Made by a program: the position numbers and the translations under genes
The notes under the pieces: generated by a model
What the model saw: only the letters and a program-made list of their open reading frames with translations
What the model was told of the DNA's origin: nothing
Databases searched by the model: none
Source: Chiloscyllium plagiosum
Lineage: Eukaryota
Length of the DNA stretch: 64,000 nucleotides
NCBI RefSeq assembly: GCF_004010195.1
Contig: NC_057718.1
Span: forward strand, 67,596,408-67,660,407
Direction of reading: 5' to 3'
Shown: positions 63,801 to 64,000 of the stretch, piece after piece
Position numbering within the stretch: the stretch's first letter is position 1
How the letters are laid out: the number at the start of each line of letters is the position of its first letter

Positions 63801-64000
63801 CCGATACATTTACGTTTTTAAATAAAGGAAAACAATATTGTACAGGATGCACTGCAGCAAGTGACGAAGGTTCCTTTAACAACACTTTTCAAACCCATTA
63901 CGTCTACCACATAGAAGGACAAAACTAGCAGGTGCATGGGATGATTACTACCTGCAAATTTCTCTTCAAGGCATGCGCACACTGCTGTAGTACTTGAATC
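57850..64000. mobile_element. Nested cluster of CR1 and a second CR1/L2-superfamily LINE (ALD..AFDRVW.QG type)
   Basis: Second LINE family at ~57850-58490, 59320-59720, 60610-61440, 63109-63447 and 63838-64000; CR1 pieces at ~59740-60610 and 61460-63800. Confidence 0.75.

Larger units (their letters stand above)
12058..64000 (+). other. ARID1B: ARID1B intron 1 (partial; 3' end not seen)
   Basis: GT donor at 12058; no recognisable ARID1B exon 2 downstream. Continuity across the 17374-17873 gap is assumed. Confidence 0.65.

Noticed and set aside
1..64000. CRISPR arrays, operons, intact autonomous transposon ORFs
   Set aside because: Eukaryotic repeat landscape; no repeat-spacer array; all RT/endonuclease fragments are truncated or frameshifted.

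Overview
Vertebrate genomic DNA. The HE1-type V-SINEs and HER1/CR1 LINEs point to a cartilaginous fish (shark); this is inferred from repeat content only. The one host coding feature I can support is the large GC-rich first coding exon of ARID1B (+ strand, 10702-12057, donor CAG|GTAAAG). It is followed by >50 kb of repeat-rich intron with a 500-N gap, and I could not recognise exon 2. The rest is a patchwork of CR1/HER1, L2-like, Rex1/Babar-like and RTE-like LINE fragments, several SINE families, a Tigger-like MITE, a probable solo LTR and at least three Penelope-like element (PLE) families. The most interesting signal is a set of minimal hammerhead-ribozyme motifs in the PLE termini. These include a young ~130-bp non-coding element whose copies all start at the hammerhead core and have 11-14-bp target-site duplications (TSDs), a double-hammerhead palindrome, and an apparent depletion of intact sense-strand hammerheads inside the ARID1B intron. 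Repeat boundaries are read by eye and approximate unless a TSD is given.
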